A stretch of DNA of 64,000 bases from an uncultured Gammaproteobacteria bacterium (lineage in GTDB: Bacteria > Pseudomonadota > Gammaproteobacteria > CAWCPV01), in assembly GCA_963797555.1 (NCBI GenBank), contig CAWCPV010000006.1:32001-96000 (forward strand), in the 5' to 3' direction. The notes under the pieces were generated by a model. The model made no database searches, was not told where the DNA came from, and saw only the letters and a list, made by a program, of their open reading frames with translations. The position numbers and the translations under genes were made by a program. Shown in pieces: positions 36,250 to 46,593 of the stretch. How positions within the stretch are numbered: the stretch's first letter is position 1; every line of letters begins with the position of its first letter.

Positions 36250-37815
36250 ATGCTCTTCGCCGAGATCGTCGACACCTCCCGGCGGGTCTCGGGGACCCGC
36301 AGCCGCCTGGCGAAGGTCGAGCAACTGGCCCAGTGCCTGAGACGCCTGCCGCCTGAAGAGCTGGAAGCGGGAGTCTGCTATCTGTCGGGCGTGACCCGCC
36401 AGGGCCGCATCGGCATTGGAGGCGCCGCGCTGCGCGACGCCATGCCGGGCAGCGCCGCCTCCACGCCCCGGCTCCCTATCGCCGAGGTGGACGAGACCCT
36501 CACCCGCATCGCAGAAACCTCGGGCGCGGGAAGCACCGCAAAGCGTCTCCAGCTTCTGGGCGGTTTACTCGCCGGGGCGACACGCGCGGAGCAGGATTTC
36601 CTGGTGCGGCTCCTGATCGGAGAGCTGAGGCAGGGAGCGCTGGAGGGGCTGATGGTGGAGGCCGTGGCGCAGGCGGCTCAGGTGCCCGCCGAAGAGGTCC
36701 GCCGCGCCGCCATGGTCGCGGGCGACGTGACGGCCGTGGCCGCTGCGGCGCTGACGGCCGGGACCGACGGGCTGCGGCGTTTCTCCATCCGTTTGCTAGA
36801 ACCGGTCCGGCCCATGCTGGCGCAAACCTCGGAAGACGTGCCGGACGCCCTCGCCCACCTGGGGCGCGCCGCCGTCGAGTTCAAGCTGGACGGCGCCCGG
36901 GTGCAGGTGCACAAGGCCGGCGGGCAGGTCCGGGTGTTCAGTCGCCGCATGAACGACGTGACGCCGGCCGTCCCGGAGCTGGTGGAGGCGGTGCGGGCGC
37001 TCCCTGCCGGAGAGATCATCCTGGACGGCGAGGCACTCGCCATGCGCCCGGACGGGAGGCCGCACCCCTTTCAGGTCACCATGCGCCGCTTCGGCCGGCG
37101 CCTCGACGTCGAGCGCATGCGAGAGAAGCTACCGCTCAGCGTCTACTTCTTCGACTGCCTGTACCTCGACGGCAGTGACCTGACGGGCGAGCCGGCGGCA
37201 AGGCGCTTTCGGGCGGCCTCCGAGACCCTGCCTGCAACCCTGATCATCCCCCGCATCGAAACCGTGGACCCGGATGAAGCGGCCTCCTTCCTCGACGAGG
37301 CCCTGCGGCGCGGACACGAGGGCGTGATGGCGAAGTCCCTGGAGGCCGTCTACGAGGCGGGCAATCGGGGCAGCACCTGGCTGAAGATCAAGCCCGCGCA
37401 CACCCTCGACCTGGTGATCCTCGCCGCCGAGTGGGGACACGGCCGGCGCAGCGGCTGGCTCAGCAATCTCCACCTCGGGGCGCGCGAGCCGGCGACTGGC
37501 GCCTTCGTGATGCTGGGCAAGACCTTCAAGGGGCTGACCGACGACATGCTGCAGTGGCAGACGCAGCGGCTCCTGGAGCTGGAGGTCGCCCGCGACGCTT
37601 ACACGGTGTGCGTGCGCCCCGAGCTGGTGGTCGAGGTCGCCTTCAACGACATCCAGGAGAGCCCCCACTACCCGGCCGGGATGGCTCTGCGCTTCGCACG
37701 GGTCAAGCGCTACCGACCCGACAAGAGCGCCGCCGACGCGGACACGGTCGAGACCGTGCGCGCCATCCACCAAGGCGAAGTTGGGCGCACCCGACCCGAA
37801 GCACATGAACGTTGA
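36250..37815 (+). CDS. ATP-dependent DNA ligase (LigB-like)
   Basis: PMLA, EFKLDGARVQVH (KxDG), ILDGE, FFDCL, EGVMAK, WLKIK, LRFAR. Confidence 0.95.
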   Translation: MLFAEIVDTSRRVSGTRSRLAKVEQLAQCLRRLPPEELEAGVCYLSGVTRQGRIGIGGAALRDAMPGSAASTPRLPIAEVDETLTRIAETSGAGSTAKRLQLLGGLLAGATRAEQDFLVRLLIGELRQGALEGLMVEAVAQAAQVPAEEVRRAAMVAGDVTAVAAAALTAGTDGLRRFSIRLLEPVRPMLAQTSEDVPDALAHLGRAAVEFKLDGARVQVHKAGGQVRVFSRRMNDVTPAVPELVEAVRALPAGEIILDGEALAMRPDGRPHPFQVTMRRFGRRLDVERMREKLPLSVYFFDCLYLDGSDLTGEPAARRFRAASETLPATLIIPRIETVDPDEAASFLDEALRRGHEGVMAKSLEAVYEAGNRGSTWLKIKPAHTLDLVILAAEWGHGRRSGWLSNLHLGAREPATGAFVMLGKTFKGLTDDMLQWQTQRLLELEVARDAYTVCVRPELVVEVAFNDIQESPHYPAGMALRFARVKRYRPDKSAADADTVETVRAIHQGEVGRTRPEAHER

Positions 37816-38087
37816 CCGCGTACCGGCCCGCCGCGTCACCTCCCTCGACGGGCCCGCGCCGAACCTCCCTCGGCCGACGGGCGCCCAGGATCGGATGCCG
37901 TCAACGGCTCCCGGCTGAATGGGCAGGCGTAGTTTCGAGTATCCTCCTTGGTCGGACACGAAATCCCTGTTAACTTCCCCCTGCAGTGAAATGCGGGGGC
38001 CGAAGGTGCCACCCGCCCGCCGAGCCGTTGAACGGCCGAGCCATGAAGGGCCTGTTCAACAAGAACACACCATAGAGAGCAGGACTC

Positions 38088-40205
38088 GTGAATCATAGCG
38101 AAATCGTCAGCTTCCTCTGGGGTGTCGCCGACCTGATCCGGGACACGTTCAGACGCGGCCATTACCAGGACGTCATCCTCCCCCTCACGGTCCTGCGCCG
38201 GCTCGACTGCGTCCTGGCCCCGAGCAAGGCGAAGATCCTCGCCACCCAGGCCAGGTTCAAGGGGAAGATCGAGAACCTGGACCCGCAGCTCCGCAAGGCG
38301 GCAGGCTTCGCCTTCTACAACACCTCCCGCTACGACTTCGAGAAGCTCCTGGCGGACGCCCCGCACCTGGCCGCCAACCTGCGCAACTACATCGCCGGCT
38401 TCAGCCCGAACATGCGCGAGGTGATCGAGAAGTTCGACTTCGACAACACCCTCAGCAAGCTCGACGAGGCCGGGCTGCTGTTCCAGGTGATGGAGCGCTT
38501 CAAGAACGTCGACCTGCACCCGGACAAGATCGACAACCCCACCATGGGGACCATCTTCGAGGAGCTGATCCGCAAGTTCAACGAAGCGCTGAACGAGAAC
38601 CCCGGCGAGCACTTCACGCCGCGCGATGTCGTCCACTTGATGGCGGACCTCCTGCTCGCAGGGGACCAGGCCCGAATCCGCAAGCGAGGGGTGGTCCTCA
38701 CGGTCTGCGACCCGTGCTGCGGATCGGGCGGCATGCTCACCATCACCAAGGACCACGTCACGGTCGGCGTTCGCAGCAACAGCGGCGTGGTGCGCGGGCC
38801 CATCAATCCCGACGCCGACATCCACCTGTTCGGCCAAGAGGTGAATCCCGAAACCTTCGCCATCTGCAAGTCCGACCTCTTCATGAAGTCGACCGACGGG
38901 CGGGACGCCGAGAACATTCTCTACGGGAGCACCCTCTCCAACGACCGCCACGCCGCCCGCGGGTTCGACTACCTGATCGCGAATCCCCCTTACGGCAAGG
39001 ACTGGAAGCGCGACGAGGACGCCGTGCGGGCCGAGCACGAGCGCGGCGCGGGCGGGCGGTTCGGGCCGGGCCTGCCGCGGATCAGCGACGGGCAGCTCCT
39101 GTTCCTGCTGCACATGCTGGCCCACATGAAGGCGCCGAAGGACGGCGGCTCCCGCGTCGCGATCATCATGAACGGCTCGCCCCTCTTCACCGGCGACGCC
39201 GGGAGCGGGGAGAGCGAGATCCGCCGCTGGATTCTCGAGAACGACTGGCTGGAGGCCCTGATCGCACTCCCCGAGCAGCTCTTCTACAACACCGGCATCG
39301 CCACCTACGTCTGGGTGCTCACCAACCGCAAGGCGCCCGAACGCAAAGGCAAGGTCCAGCTCATCGACGCGACCTCGTTCTGGGCGCCCATGCGCAAGAG
39401 CCTGGGCGACAAGCGCCGCGAGGTCCCGCGCGAGCGCGCCCAGGACATCCTGAAGATCCTCGCCGATTTTCGGGACGGCGATACCCGGACGGTGGCCAAG
39501 GACGCCAAAGAAGAGGAAGTCGTCGTCAGCCGCATCTTCCCGACTACCCACTTCGGCTTCCGCAAGATCACCGTCGAGCGCCCGCTGCGGCTCAACTTCC
39601 AGGCCAGCCCGGAACGTATCGCGCGGATCGAAGAGGAAAAGGGCTTCCAGACGATCGCGCAGCCCAAGAAGAAAGGCCCCGCCGGGGAGCAAGAGCAGGC
39701 CCAGGGCCGGGCCTTGCAGGAGTCGATCCGCAAGGTGGTGCACGGGCTGCCGAACACCCTCATAAAGGATCGTGCCGAGTTCGAGCGCCTGCTCGACGCC
39801 GTTACGACGAAGGCCGGCGTGAAGCTCCCGGCGCCCGCCAGGAAGGCCGTCCTCTCCGCGCTTTCGGAACGCGACGAGACGGCCGCCATTTGCTGCGACA
39901 AGGACGGCAACCCGGAGCCCGACCCGGAGCTGCGCGATACGGAGAGCGTGCCGCTCGCCGAGCGCGTCGAAGCCTTCTTCGATCGCGAGGTCAGGCCTCA
40001 CGTCCCCGACGCGTGGATCGACACATCCAAACGCGACCCCAAAGACAGCCAGGTCGGTCTCGTGGGCTACGAGATCAACTTCAACCGCTACTTCTACCGT
40101 TACACGCCGCCGCGCCCTCTGGAGGAGATCGAGGCGGACATCCGCGGCATCGAGAGGGATATCGTCCGCATGCTGGCGGAGGTGACCGGATCGAAGGTGC
40201 TCTGA
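38088..40205 (+). CDS. hsdM: Type I RM methyltransferase subunit (m6A)
   Basis: GEHFTPRDVV, DPCCGSGGML, GQE, NPPY, FYNTGIATY, GYEINFNRYFY. Confidence 0.95.
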   Translation: MNHSEIVSFLWGVADLIRDTFRRGHYQDVILPLTVLRRLDCVLAPSKAKILATQARFKGKIENLDPQLRKAAGFAFYNTSRYDFEKLLADAPHLAANLRNYIAGFSPNMREVIEKFDFDNTLSKLDEAGLLFQVMERFKNVDLHPDKIDNPTMGTIFEELIRKFNEALNENPGEHFTPRDVVHLMADLLLAGDQARIRKRGVVLTVCDPCCGSGGMLTITKDHVTVGVRSNSGVVRGPINPDADIHLFGQEVNPETFAICKSDLFMKSTDGRDAENILYGSTLSNDRHAARGFDYLIANPPYGKDWKRDEDAVRAEHERGAGGRFGPGLPRISDGQLLFLLHMLAHMKAPKDGGSRVAIIMNGSPLFTGDAGSGESEIRRWILENDWLEALIALPEQLFYNTGIATYVWVLTNRKAPERKGKVQLIDATSFWAPMRKSLGDKRREVPRERAQDILKILADFRDGDTRTVAKDAKEEEVVVSRIFPTTHFGFRKITVERPLRLNFQASPERIARIEEEKGFQTIAQPKKKGPAGEQEQAQGRALQESIRKVVHGLPNTLIKDRAEFERLLDAVTTKAGVKLPAPARKAVLSALSERDETAAICCDKDGNPEPDPELRDTESVPLAERVEAFFDREVRPHVPDAWIDTSKRDPKDSQVGLVGYEINFNRYFYRYTPPRPLEEIEADIRGIERDIVRMLAEVTGSKVL

Positions 40206-40213
40206 CGCGAAAA

Positions 40214-40304
40214 GTCGGCACGGATATCACAGATGCCGACATTATGTGTTGACACGCCCGTTTGTCCGACGCATATTGCAGGCATGTCACAACAGCGTGC
40301 CGAC
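40214..40304 (+). promoter_or_regulatory. abiE promoter with inverted-repeat operator
   Basis: GTCGGCA(40214)-13 nt-TGCCGAC(40240); TTGACA(40249)-17 nt-CATATT(40272); third TGCCGAC at 40298. Confidence 0.6.
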
Positions 40305-40922
40305 AATTCGAGTCAATCCCCCAAGTCTTCGGAGCCCGTCGACCTGCTTCGCAGCGCCGCTCTGGGTGCCTTCTTCCGTCCGAGCCAGATCCATGCGGCA
40401 GGACTATCGCGCGACCAGCTCCCGGCCCTCGTGCGATCGGGGAAGGTCGAACGAATCGGTCGCGGCCTCTACCGGCTCGCGGACGCCGAGCCGACCGAGA
40501 ACTACTCCCTGGCGATGGCGTGCGCGCGGGTGCCGAACAGCATCGTCTGCCTGCTCTCCGCCCTGCGCGTCCATGGCATCGGCACCCAGGCACCGGCCGA
40601 GGTCTGCCTCGCCATTCCGCACAAGGCGCGCATGCCGCGCCTCCCCGAACTCAAGCTGCGCGTCGTGCGCTTCAGCGGACCTGCTTGGACGTTCGGTGTA
40701 CAGACGACCGCGTTCGAGGGCGTGCCGGCACGGATCACCTCCCCCGCGCGGACCGTGGCGGACTGCTTCCGGTTCGAGCGCCTCGTGGGGCCCGAGGCTG
40801 CGATGGAAGCGCTGCAGGACGCCCTGCGACAGCGGAAGGTCACGATCCCCGAACTCTCGCGCGTGGCGGAGATCCTTCCGTCGCGCCGCCTCAGCGCCGC
40901 GCTGGACACGAGGTTGATATGA
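40284..40922 (+). CDS. abiEi: Type IV TA antitoxin AbiEi
   Basis: wHTH VERIGRGLYRL, CLLSALRVHG, ITSPARTVADCFR; coupled to the toxin. Confidence 0.88.
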   Translation: MSQQRADNSSQSPKSSEPVDLLRSAALGAFFRPSQIHAAGLSRDQLPALVRSGKVERIGRGLYRLADAEPTENYSLAMACARVPNSIVCLLSALRVHGIGTQAPAEVCLAIPHKARMPRLPELKLRVVRFSGPAWTFGVQTTAFEGVPARITSPARTVADCFRFERLVGPEAAMEALQDALRQRKVTIPELSRVAEILPSRRLSAALDTRLI

Positions 40923-41854
40923 CTGCAGACGTGGCGGCGTCGGTCAGGGCCCGTCTCCTGAACCAGGCAAAGGCGAGCGGGGAGGAGTTCGAGCGAACCC
41001 TGGCGCGCTTCGCCGCCGAGCGGCTGCTCTTTCGCCTCGGTGAATCCGCGGCGCGAGACCGTTGCATCCTGAAAGGCGCCAGCCTCCTTGCGGTATGGCT
41101 TCCGGATCCTTACCGGGCAACCCGCGATGTGGACGTGCTGCTCTCGGGACAGGCGGACGACGCCGCGATCCGGTCGCTGGTGGCGGAGATCTGCGCGATG
41201 GCCTGTCCCGAAGACGCCCTCCGCTTCGACCTCTCCAAGCTGGTCGTCGAGACGATCCGGCCCGAGGACGAGTACTCGGGCAAGCGCGCCCGCTTCCGCG
41301 CGTTCCTCGGCAACGCGCGGATCGCCGTGCAGCTTGACCTTGGCGTTGGCGACGCGTTGACCGTACAGCCCGAAGAGATCGTCTACCCGACGATGCTCGA
41401 CACCCTGCCCCCGCCCCGGCTCCGCGCCTATCCGCGCGAGGCGTCCGTCGCCGAGAAGTTCGAAGCGATGGTGAAGCTCGACACGCGCAACAGCCGGATG
41501 AAGGACTTCCACGACATCTGGGCGCTTGTGGGCGCCTTCGAGTTCGATGGCCCGTCGCTCCAGAAAGCAATCGCGGCCTGCTTCGAGCGCCGGGGCACAC
41601 CGTGGACCGATGAACTCCCGCGCGTCCTGACCCCGGCGTTCTACCAGATGCCGGATATGGAGACGCGCTGGCGGAACTACCGCGCGGCGGGTGCCGTGCT
41701 CGCCCCGCTGCCGCCCCAGTTCGCGGTCATCGGAGAGCGCATCATCGAGTTCCTTGGCCCTGTCCGGAGCAGCATCGCCGCGGGAGAGGCGTTCGAGCGT
41801 GCCTGGGCGCCGGGAGGCCCTTGGATGTCTGCCGGACAAGAGAACACAGAATGA
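40919..41854 (+). CDS. abiEii: Type IV TA nucleotidyltransferase toxin AbiEii
   Basis: ASVRARLLN, LKGA..RATRDVD, AEKFEAMV, NSRMKDFHD. Confidence 0.9.
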   Translation: MTADVAASVRARLLNQAKASGEEFERTLARFAAERLLFRLGESAARDRCILKGASLLAVWLPDPYRATRDVDVLLSGQADDAAIRSLVAEICAMACPEDALRFDLSKLVVETIRPEDEYSGKRARFRAFLGNARIAVQLDLGVGDALTVQPEEIVYPTMLDTLPPPRLRAYPREASVAEKFEAMVKLDTRNSRMKDFHDIWALVGAFEFDGPSLQKAIAACFERRGTPWTDELPRVLTPAFYQMPDMETRWRNYRAAGAVLAPLPPQFAVIGERIIEFLGPVRSSIAAGEAFERAWAPGGPWMSAGQENTE

Positions 41855-43719
41855 TCGGCGCCAGCTTCGACAGCACCAAGACCCCGCTTCACGACCTGCT
41901 CGCACGGGCCGACGGCGGCAAGCTCCAGCTTCCGGATTTTCAGCGCGGCTGGGTCTGGGACGACGACCGCATCCGGAGCCTCCTCGCCAGCGTGTCGGTC
42001 TCTTTCCCGATCGGTGCCGTGATGTTGCTCGAAACGGGCGGCGAGCACGTCCGCTTCAAGCCGCGGCCCCTCTCCGGAACGCACGAGCGGCTGCGCCAGA
42101 TCGCGCCCGAGACGTTGATCCTCGACGGCCAGCAGCGGCTGACATCGCTCTACCAGGCGCTGATGAGCGCGGTGGTGGTCGAGACCAAGGACGCCAAGGG
42201 CAAGCCGATCCGCCGCTGGTACTACATCGACATGAAGCAGGCCGTGACTAACGACGACGACCGCGAGGACGCGGTGCTGAGCGTCCCCGAGGACCGCCAG
42301 GTCAAGGCGTTCGGCGGCGAGATCGCTTTGGACGTGACGACACCCGAGCGGGAGTACGGAGCCGACCTCTTTCCCGTGAACCGGATTTTCCAGAGCGCGG
42401 AGTGGCGTCAGGCTTACAACAAGCACTGGAACTACGTACCCGAGAAGATCCAGCTCTACGACGAGTTCGAGCGCGAGGTCATCAAGCGGTTCGAGCAGTA
42501 TCAGGTGCCGGTGATCGAGCTGAAAAAGGAGACACCCAAGGAGGCCGTCTGCCTGGTCTTCGAGCGCGTGAACACGGGGGGCATGGCGCTCAACGTGTTC
42601 GAGCTGCTCACGGCCGCCTTTGCCGCGGACGATTTCCAGCTCCGCGATGACTGGAACGCCCGCGAGCAGCGCCTGAAGGGCCAGCACCCCGTGCTGCGCA
42701 ACCTCCAGAGCGACGACTTCCTCCAGGCCATCTCGCTCCTCGTGACGCAGAGGCGCCGCCACAACACGCTCGCGGCCGGCGTCGCCGTCGACAAGGCGCC
42801 CGGCATCAGTTGCAAGCGCAAGGACATCCTGAAGCTCGAGGTCGCCGACTGGCAGGCATGGGCCGAACGCGTCGAGGCCGGTTTCGTGCGCGCCGCGCGC
42901 TTTCTGTACGGGCAGAAGATATTCAAGGCGCGGGATCTGCCCTACCGCACCCAGCTCGTGCCGCTCGCCGCGATGTTTGTGAACCTCGGCCAGGACGGTG
43001 AGACCGAGGGTGCCCGCCAGCGGATCGCCCGATGGTACTGGTGTGGGGTTCTCGGCGAGCTTTACGGCGGCGCCATCGAGAGCCGCTTCGCGCGCGACCT
43101 GCCGGAGGTGGTCGCCCTGGTGCGCGGCGAGGGGAGCGAGCCGATCAGTATCCAGGAGTCGAGCTTCCAGGCCAACCGGCTGCTGACGCTGCGGACGCGC
43201 AACAGCTCGGCCTACAAGGGAGTCTACGCGCTCCTGATGCGCGACGGCGGGCGGGACTTCCGCACCGGCGAGCCGATCGAAGCCCAGACCTTCTTCGACG
43301 ACAAGGTCGACATCCACCACATCTTCCCCGAGAAGTGGTGCAAGGCGGCCGGCATCGAGCCCGGCACCTACAACAGCGTGATCAACAAGACGGCGCTCGC
43401 CGCCAAGACCAACCGCCAGATCGGCGGCCGCGCGCCGTCGAAGTACCTGCCTGCGATCGAGAAGGCCGCTGGTGTTGGTACCGAGCGTATGGACGAGATC
43501 CTGCGTTCGCATTGCATCGCACCGGGAGAACTGCGGGCCGACCGCTTCTGGGAGTTCTACGCTGCACGCGCCGAGGCGCTGCTCCAGCGCATCGAGGCCG
43601 CGACGGGCAAGACCATCACGCGCGAGCCGGAACTTTTCCGCGCCGGGGTCGTCGCCGAAGTCTACGACGAGGGGCCGGAGGAATGGGACGCCGAGGAGCC
43701 GATCGAGGAGGCGTCGTGA
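41851..43719 (+). CDS. GmrSD-like (DUF262 + HNH/DUF1524) modification-dependent nuclease
   Basis: DFQRGWVW, LDGQQRLTS, FERVNTGG, DIHHIFP..INK..TN. Confidence 0.88.
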   Translation: MIGASFDSTKTPLHDLLARADGGKLQLPDFQRGWVWDDDRIRSLLASVSVSFPIGAVMLLETGGEHVRFKPRPLSGTHERLRQIAPETLILDGQQRLTSLYQALMSAVVVETKDAKGKPIRRWYYIDMKQAVTNDDDREDAVLSVPEDRQVKAFGGEIALDVTTPEREYGADLFPVNRIFQSAEWRQAYNKHWNYVPEKIQLYDEFEREVIKRFEQYQVPVIELKKETPKEAVCLVFERVNTGGMALNVFELLTAAFAADDFQLRDDWNAREQRLKGQHPVLRNLQSDDFLQAISLLVTQRRRHNTLAAGVAVDKAPGISCKRKDILKLEVADWQAWAERVEAGFVRAARFLYGQKIFKARDLPYRTQLVPLAAMFVNLGQDGETEGARQRIARWYWCGVLGELYGGAIESRFARDLPEVVALVRGEGSEPISIQESSFQANRLLTLRTRNSSAYKGVYALLMRDGGRDFRTGEPIEAQTFFDDKVDIHHIFPEKWCKAAGIEPGTYNSVINKTALAAKTNRQIGGRAPSKYLPAIEKAAGVGTERMDEILRSHCIAPGELRADRFWEFYAARAEALLQRIEAATGKTITREPELFRAGVVAEVYDEGPEEWDAEEPIEEAS

Positions 43720-45074
43720 GGGCGGCGAAGAACACCGAGCGTGCGGCGCGGCCAGAGCGTTTCAGGTCCTATCCGGGCTACAAGGACTCGGGGGTCGAGT
43801 GGTTGGGGGAGATTCCCGCGCACTGGGAGGTCGCGCCCGTCTATGCGCGGTACCAGATAGCACTTGGAAAGATGCTCGATGCCAAGCGGGTGACCGGCGA
43901 GTCTTCCGGGCGATACTTGCGCAATATCGATGTCCAATGGGACGCGGTGAACACAGAAGGGCTGCCGGAGATGGACTTCGCCCCGGGGGAGCGCGACCGG
44001 TACCTGATTCGCCCGGGCGACCTGCTCGTTTGCGAGGGTGGCGAGGTCGGTAGAACCGCAATCTGGGGTGGGCAAATCGAGGAGTGCTTTTACCAGAAGG
44101 CGATCCACCGGGTAAGACCGCATTCGGACAAAGAGGCGCCGCGCTTTTTCTACTACCTTATGTACACTCTGGCAAAGCGTGGTGTATTCGTCGCGGGCGG
44201 GAACCCGAACACGATCGATCACCTCACCGCCGTGCAACTGAGGCATTACCGCCTTCCGTTCGCCCCGACTCAAGAACAACGTGCCATCGCCGCCTTCCTC
44301 GACCGGGAGACGGCGAGGATCGATGCGCTGGTGGCGAAGAAGGAGCGGCTGATCGAGCTGCTCCAGGAGAAACGCACCGCCCTCATCACCCGCACCGTCA
44401 CCAAGGGCCTCGACCCGAACGTCCCCATGAAGGACTCCGGCGTCGAGTGGCTGGGGGAAATTCCGGCGCATTGGGAGGTCAGGAAGACGACCTGGATATT
44501 CACGATTGGGAGTGGAACGACGCCCCGGTCTGAGGATCCCGCTTACTACGGTGGTGAGACGCCTTGGATCACCACATCTGAGCTTCGCGAGTCGGAAGTG
44601 GTCGCAACAGAGAAGAACGTCACTGGGGACGCGGTTAGAGACCACCCGAGCCTGAAGGTTCATCCCAAGGGGAGTGTCGCAGTGGCGATGTACGGTGCGA
44701 CGATTGGGCGTCTCGGAATCCTGGGCGTTCCCGCGACAGTTAATCAGGCTTGCTGTGTCTTTAGCAGGCCCAGGGGTATCGAGACGTGGTACTGGTTCTA
44801 TTGGCTGCAGATGCGGCGGCCGTATCTAATCTCGCTTGGCTACGGCGGCGGTCAACCGAACCTCAGCCAGGATCTCTTGAGATCGCTCCGCGTCCCGACG
44901 CCGCCCCTTCTCGAGCAGCGCGCCATCATTTCCTTTCTCGATCTGGAGGCGGCGCGGATTGACGCCCTCATTGCCAAGGTCCGCGAAGCCATCGAGCGGC
45001 TCAAGGAACTGCGTACCGCCCTCATCTCCGCCGCGGTGACAGGCAAGATCGACGTGCGGAAGGAGGTCGCATGA
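43716..45074 (+). CDS. hsdS: Type I RM specificity subunit
   Basis: Two KDSGVEWLGEIPAHWEV repeats, two lower-GC TRDs, EQRAI..FLD, RTALISAAVTGKIDV. Confidence 0.95.
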   Translation: MRAAKNTERAARPERFRSYPGYKDSGVEWLGEIPAHWEVAPVYARYQIALGKMLDAKRVTGESSGRYLRNIDVQWDAVNTEGLPEMDFAPGERDRYLIRPGDLLVCEGGEVGRTAIWGGQIEECFYQKAIHRVRPHSDKEAPRFFYYLMYTLAKRGVFVAGGNPNTIDHLTAVQLRHYRLPFAPTQEQRAIAAFLDRETARIDALVAKKERLIELLQEKRTALITRTVTKGLDPNVPMKDSGVEWLGEIPAHWEVRKTTWIFTIGSGTTPRSEDPAYYGGETPWITTSELRESEVVATEKNVTGDAVRDHPSLKVHPKGSVAVAMYGATIGRLGILGVPATVNQACCVFSRPRGIETWYWFYWLQMRRPYLISLGYGGGQPNLSQDLLRSLRVPTPPLLEQRAIISFLDLEAARIDALIAKVREAIERLKELRTALISAAVTGKIDVRKEVA

Positions 45075-45429
45075 CTCGAATTGCCGTCAAACGGAAATTG
45101 GTGCACCAGGCACGCCAGAGGGTTGGCCGGAGCTTTGAGGCCCTTACACGGAAGTTGCCGAGGCTTCAGTGCGGCGCGAGCGTGCCCTGCTTGGAGCCGT
45201 CAGTCGACTGACGCTCTGCAGACGGTCCTCACCGGCAGTCCGCGGGGCCGTTGTCTTCACCGAAGCCCGCTGACGCAAATAGCTCGGCGGCTTGTTTTCG
45301 GAGGCGCTAACATCCTCGCAGCCAGCGAAGGTGGTTGTCTCCGGCTGGGGTTGTTGGTTAGACTTCACCATTGAAGTCTTAATAGCACTGCGGCTTATTC
45401 AGAGTTTCTGAACAGCGGGGCCTAGCGTC

Positions 45430-46593
45430 GTGCAGCGCGGGGAAACCGGTCGCTACGAGGTCACCAGCGTTGGGGGCGAGCAGGTCCGCGCCTTCGTGCC
45501 GGCCCCGCTGCCGCCAGCCCCGCCGCTCGTCTTGGACGGTCCACTCCAGCAGACGCTCGAATCCGCTGTGCTTGCGGTCGGGCGGCTCGACGGCGTCTCG
45601 ACCCTGCTGCCCGACAAGGCGCTCTTTCTCTATGCCTATGTGCGTAAGGAGGCGGTGCTCTCTTCCCAGATCGAAGGGACGCAGTCGTCGCTCTCGGACC
45701 TACTGCTCTTCGAGCTAGACGAGGCGCCGGGCGTTCCTCTCGATGACGTCGTCGAAGTCTCGAACTACGTCGCGGCCCTGGAGCACGGGCTGGCACGCCT
45801 GCGGGAGGGCTTTCCGCTCTCCAATCGACTCGTCCGCGAGATCCACGGCGTGCTGTTCTCGCGCGGGCGCGGCAGCGCCAAAAATCCCGGTGAGTTCCGC
45901 CGCTCGCAGAACTGGATCGGCGGCAGCCGGCCCGGCAATGCCGCCTTCGTGCCTCCGCCCCACACCGTCGTGCCCGACTGCATGGCGGCGCTCGAGCGTT
46001 TTCTTCACGCCGAGGGCGACGGCCTGCCCGTTCTGGTGCGCGCCGCAGTGGCGCACGTCCAGTTCGAGACGATCCACCCCTTCCTCGACGGCAACGGGCG
46101 TGTTGGACGTCTGCTCATCACCTTCCTGCTCTGCGATGCCGGCCTGCTGCGGGAGCCGCTTCTGTACCTGAGCCTCTATCTGAAGCAGAACCGGACGGCA
46201 TACTACGACCTGCTCGACCGAGTGCGGCGCACCGGTGACTGGGAGACCTGGCTTGCATTCTTCCTGGAGGGGGTAAGGCAGACGGCTGAAGGCGCGGTCT
46301 CGACCGCGCAGCGGTTGGCCGAAACGTTCACGGCCGATCGGGCGAAGATAGAACCGGCCGGCCGCCGGGCCGGCTCGGCGCTACGTGTGCACGAGGCGCT
46401 GAAGAGGCGGCCGATCCTCTCCATGCCCGAGGTCTGCCGAAGCACGGGGCTGTCCTTTCCGGCCGCCTCGTCGGCGATGGACCTGCTCGCAGAGTTCGGA
46501 ACGGTGCGGGAGCTGACCGGGAAACGTCGGAACAGGCTCTTCGTGTACGAACGGTACCTCGCCATCCTCAACGAGGGCACAGAGGCGCCATGA
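45430..46593 (+). CDS. Class II Fic family AMPylase with C-terminal HTH
   Basis: HPFLDGNGRVGR, inhibitory SSQIEG, ELTGKRRNRLF. Confidence 0.93.
   Translation: MQRGETGRYEVTSVGGEQVRAFVPAPLPPAPPLVLDGPLQQTLESAVLAVGRLDGVSTLLPDKALFLYAYVRKEAVLSSQIEGTQSSLSDLLLFELDEAPGVPLDDVVEVSNYVAALEHGLARLREGFPLSNRLVREIHGVLFSRGRGSAKNPGEFRRSQNWIGGSRPGNAAFVPPPHTVVPDCMAALERFLHAEGDGLPVLVRAAVAHVQFETIHPFLDGNGRVGRLLITFLLCDAGLLREPLLYLSLYLKQNRTAYYDLLDRVRRTGDWETWLAFFLEGVRQTAEGAVSTAQRLAETFTADRAKIEPAGRRAGSALRVHEALKRRPILSMPEVCRSTGLSFPAASSAMDLLAEFGTVRELTGKRRNRLFVYERYLAILNEGTEAP

Noticed and set aside
45360-45412. Two short palindromes upstream of fic
   Set aside because: Stems of 6-8 bp could be operators but may be chance; no further support.
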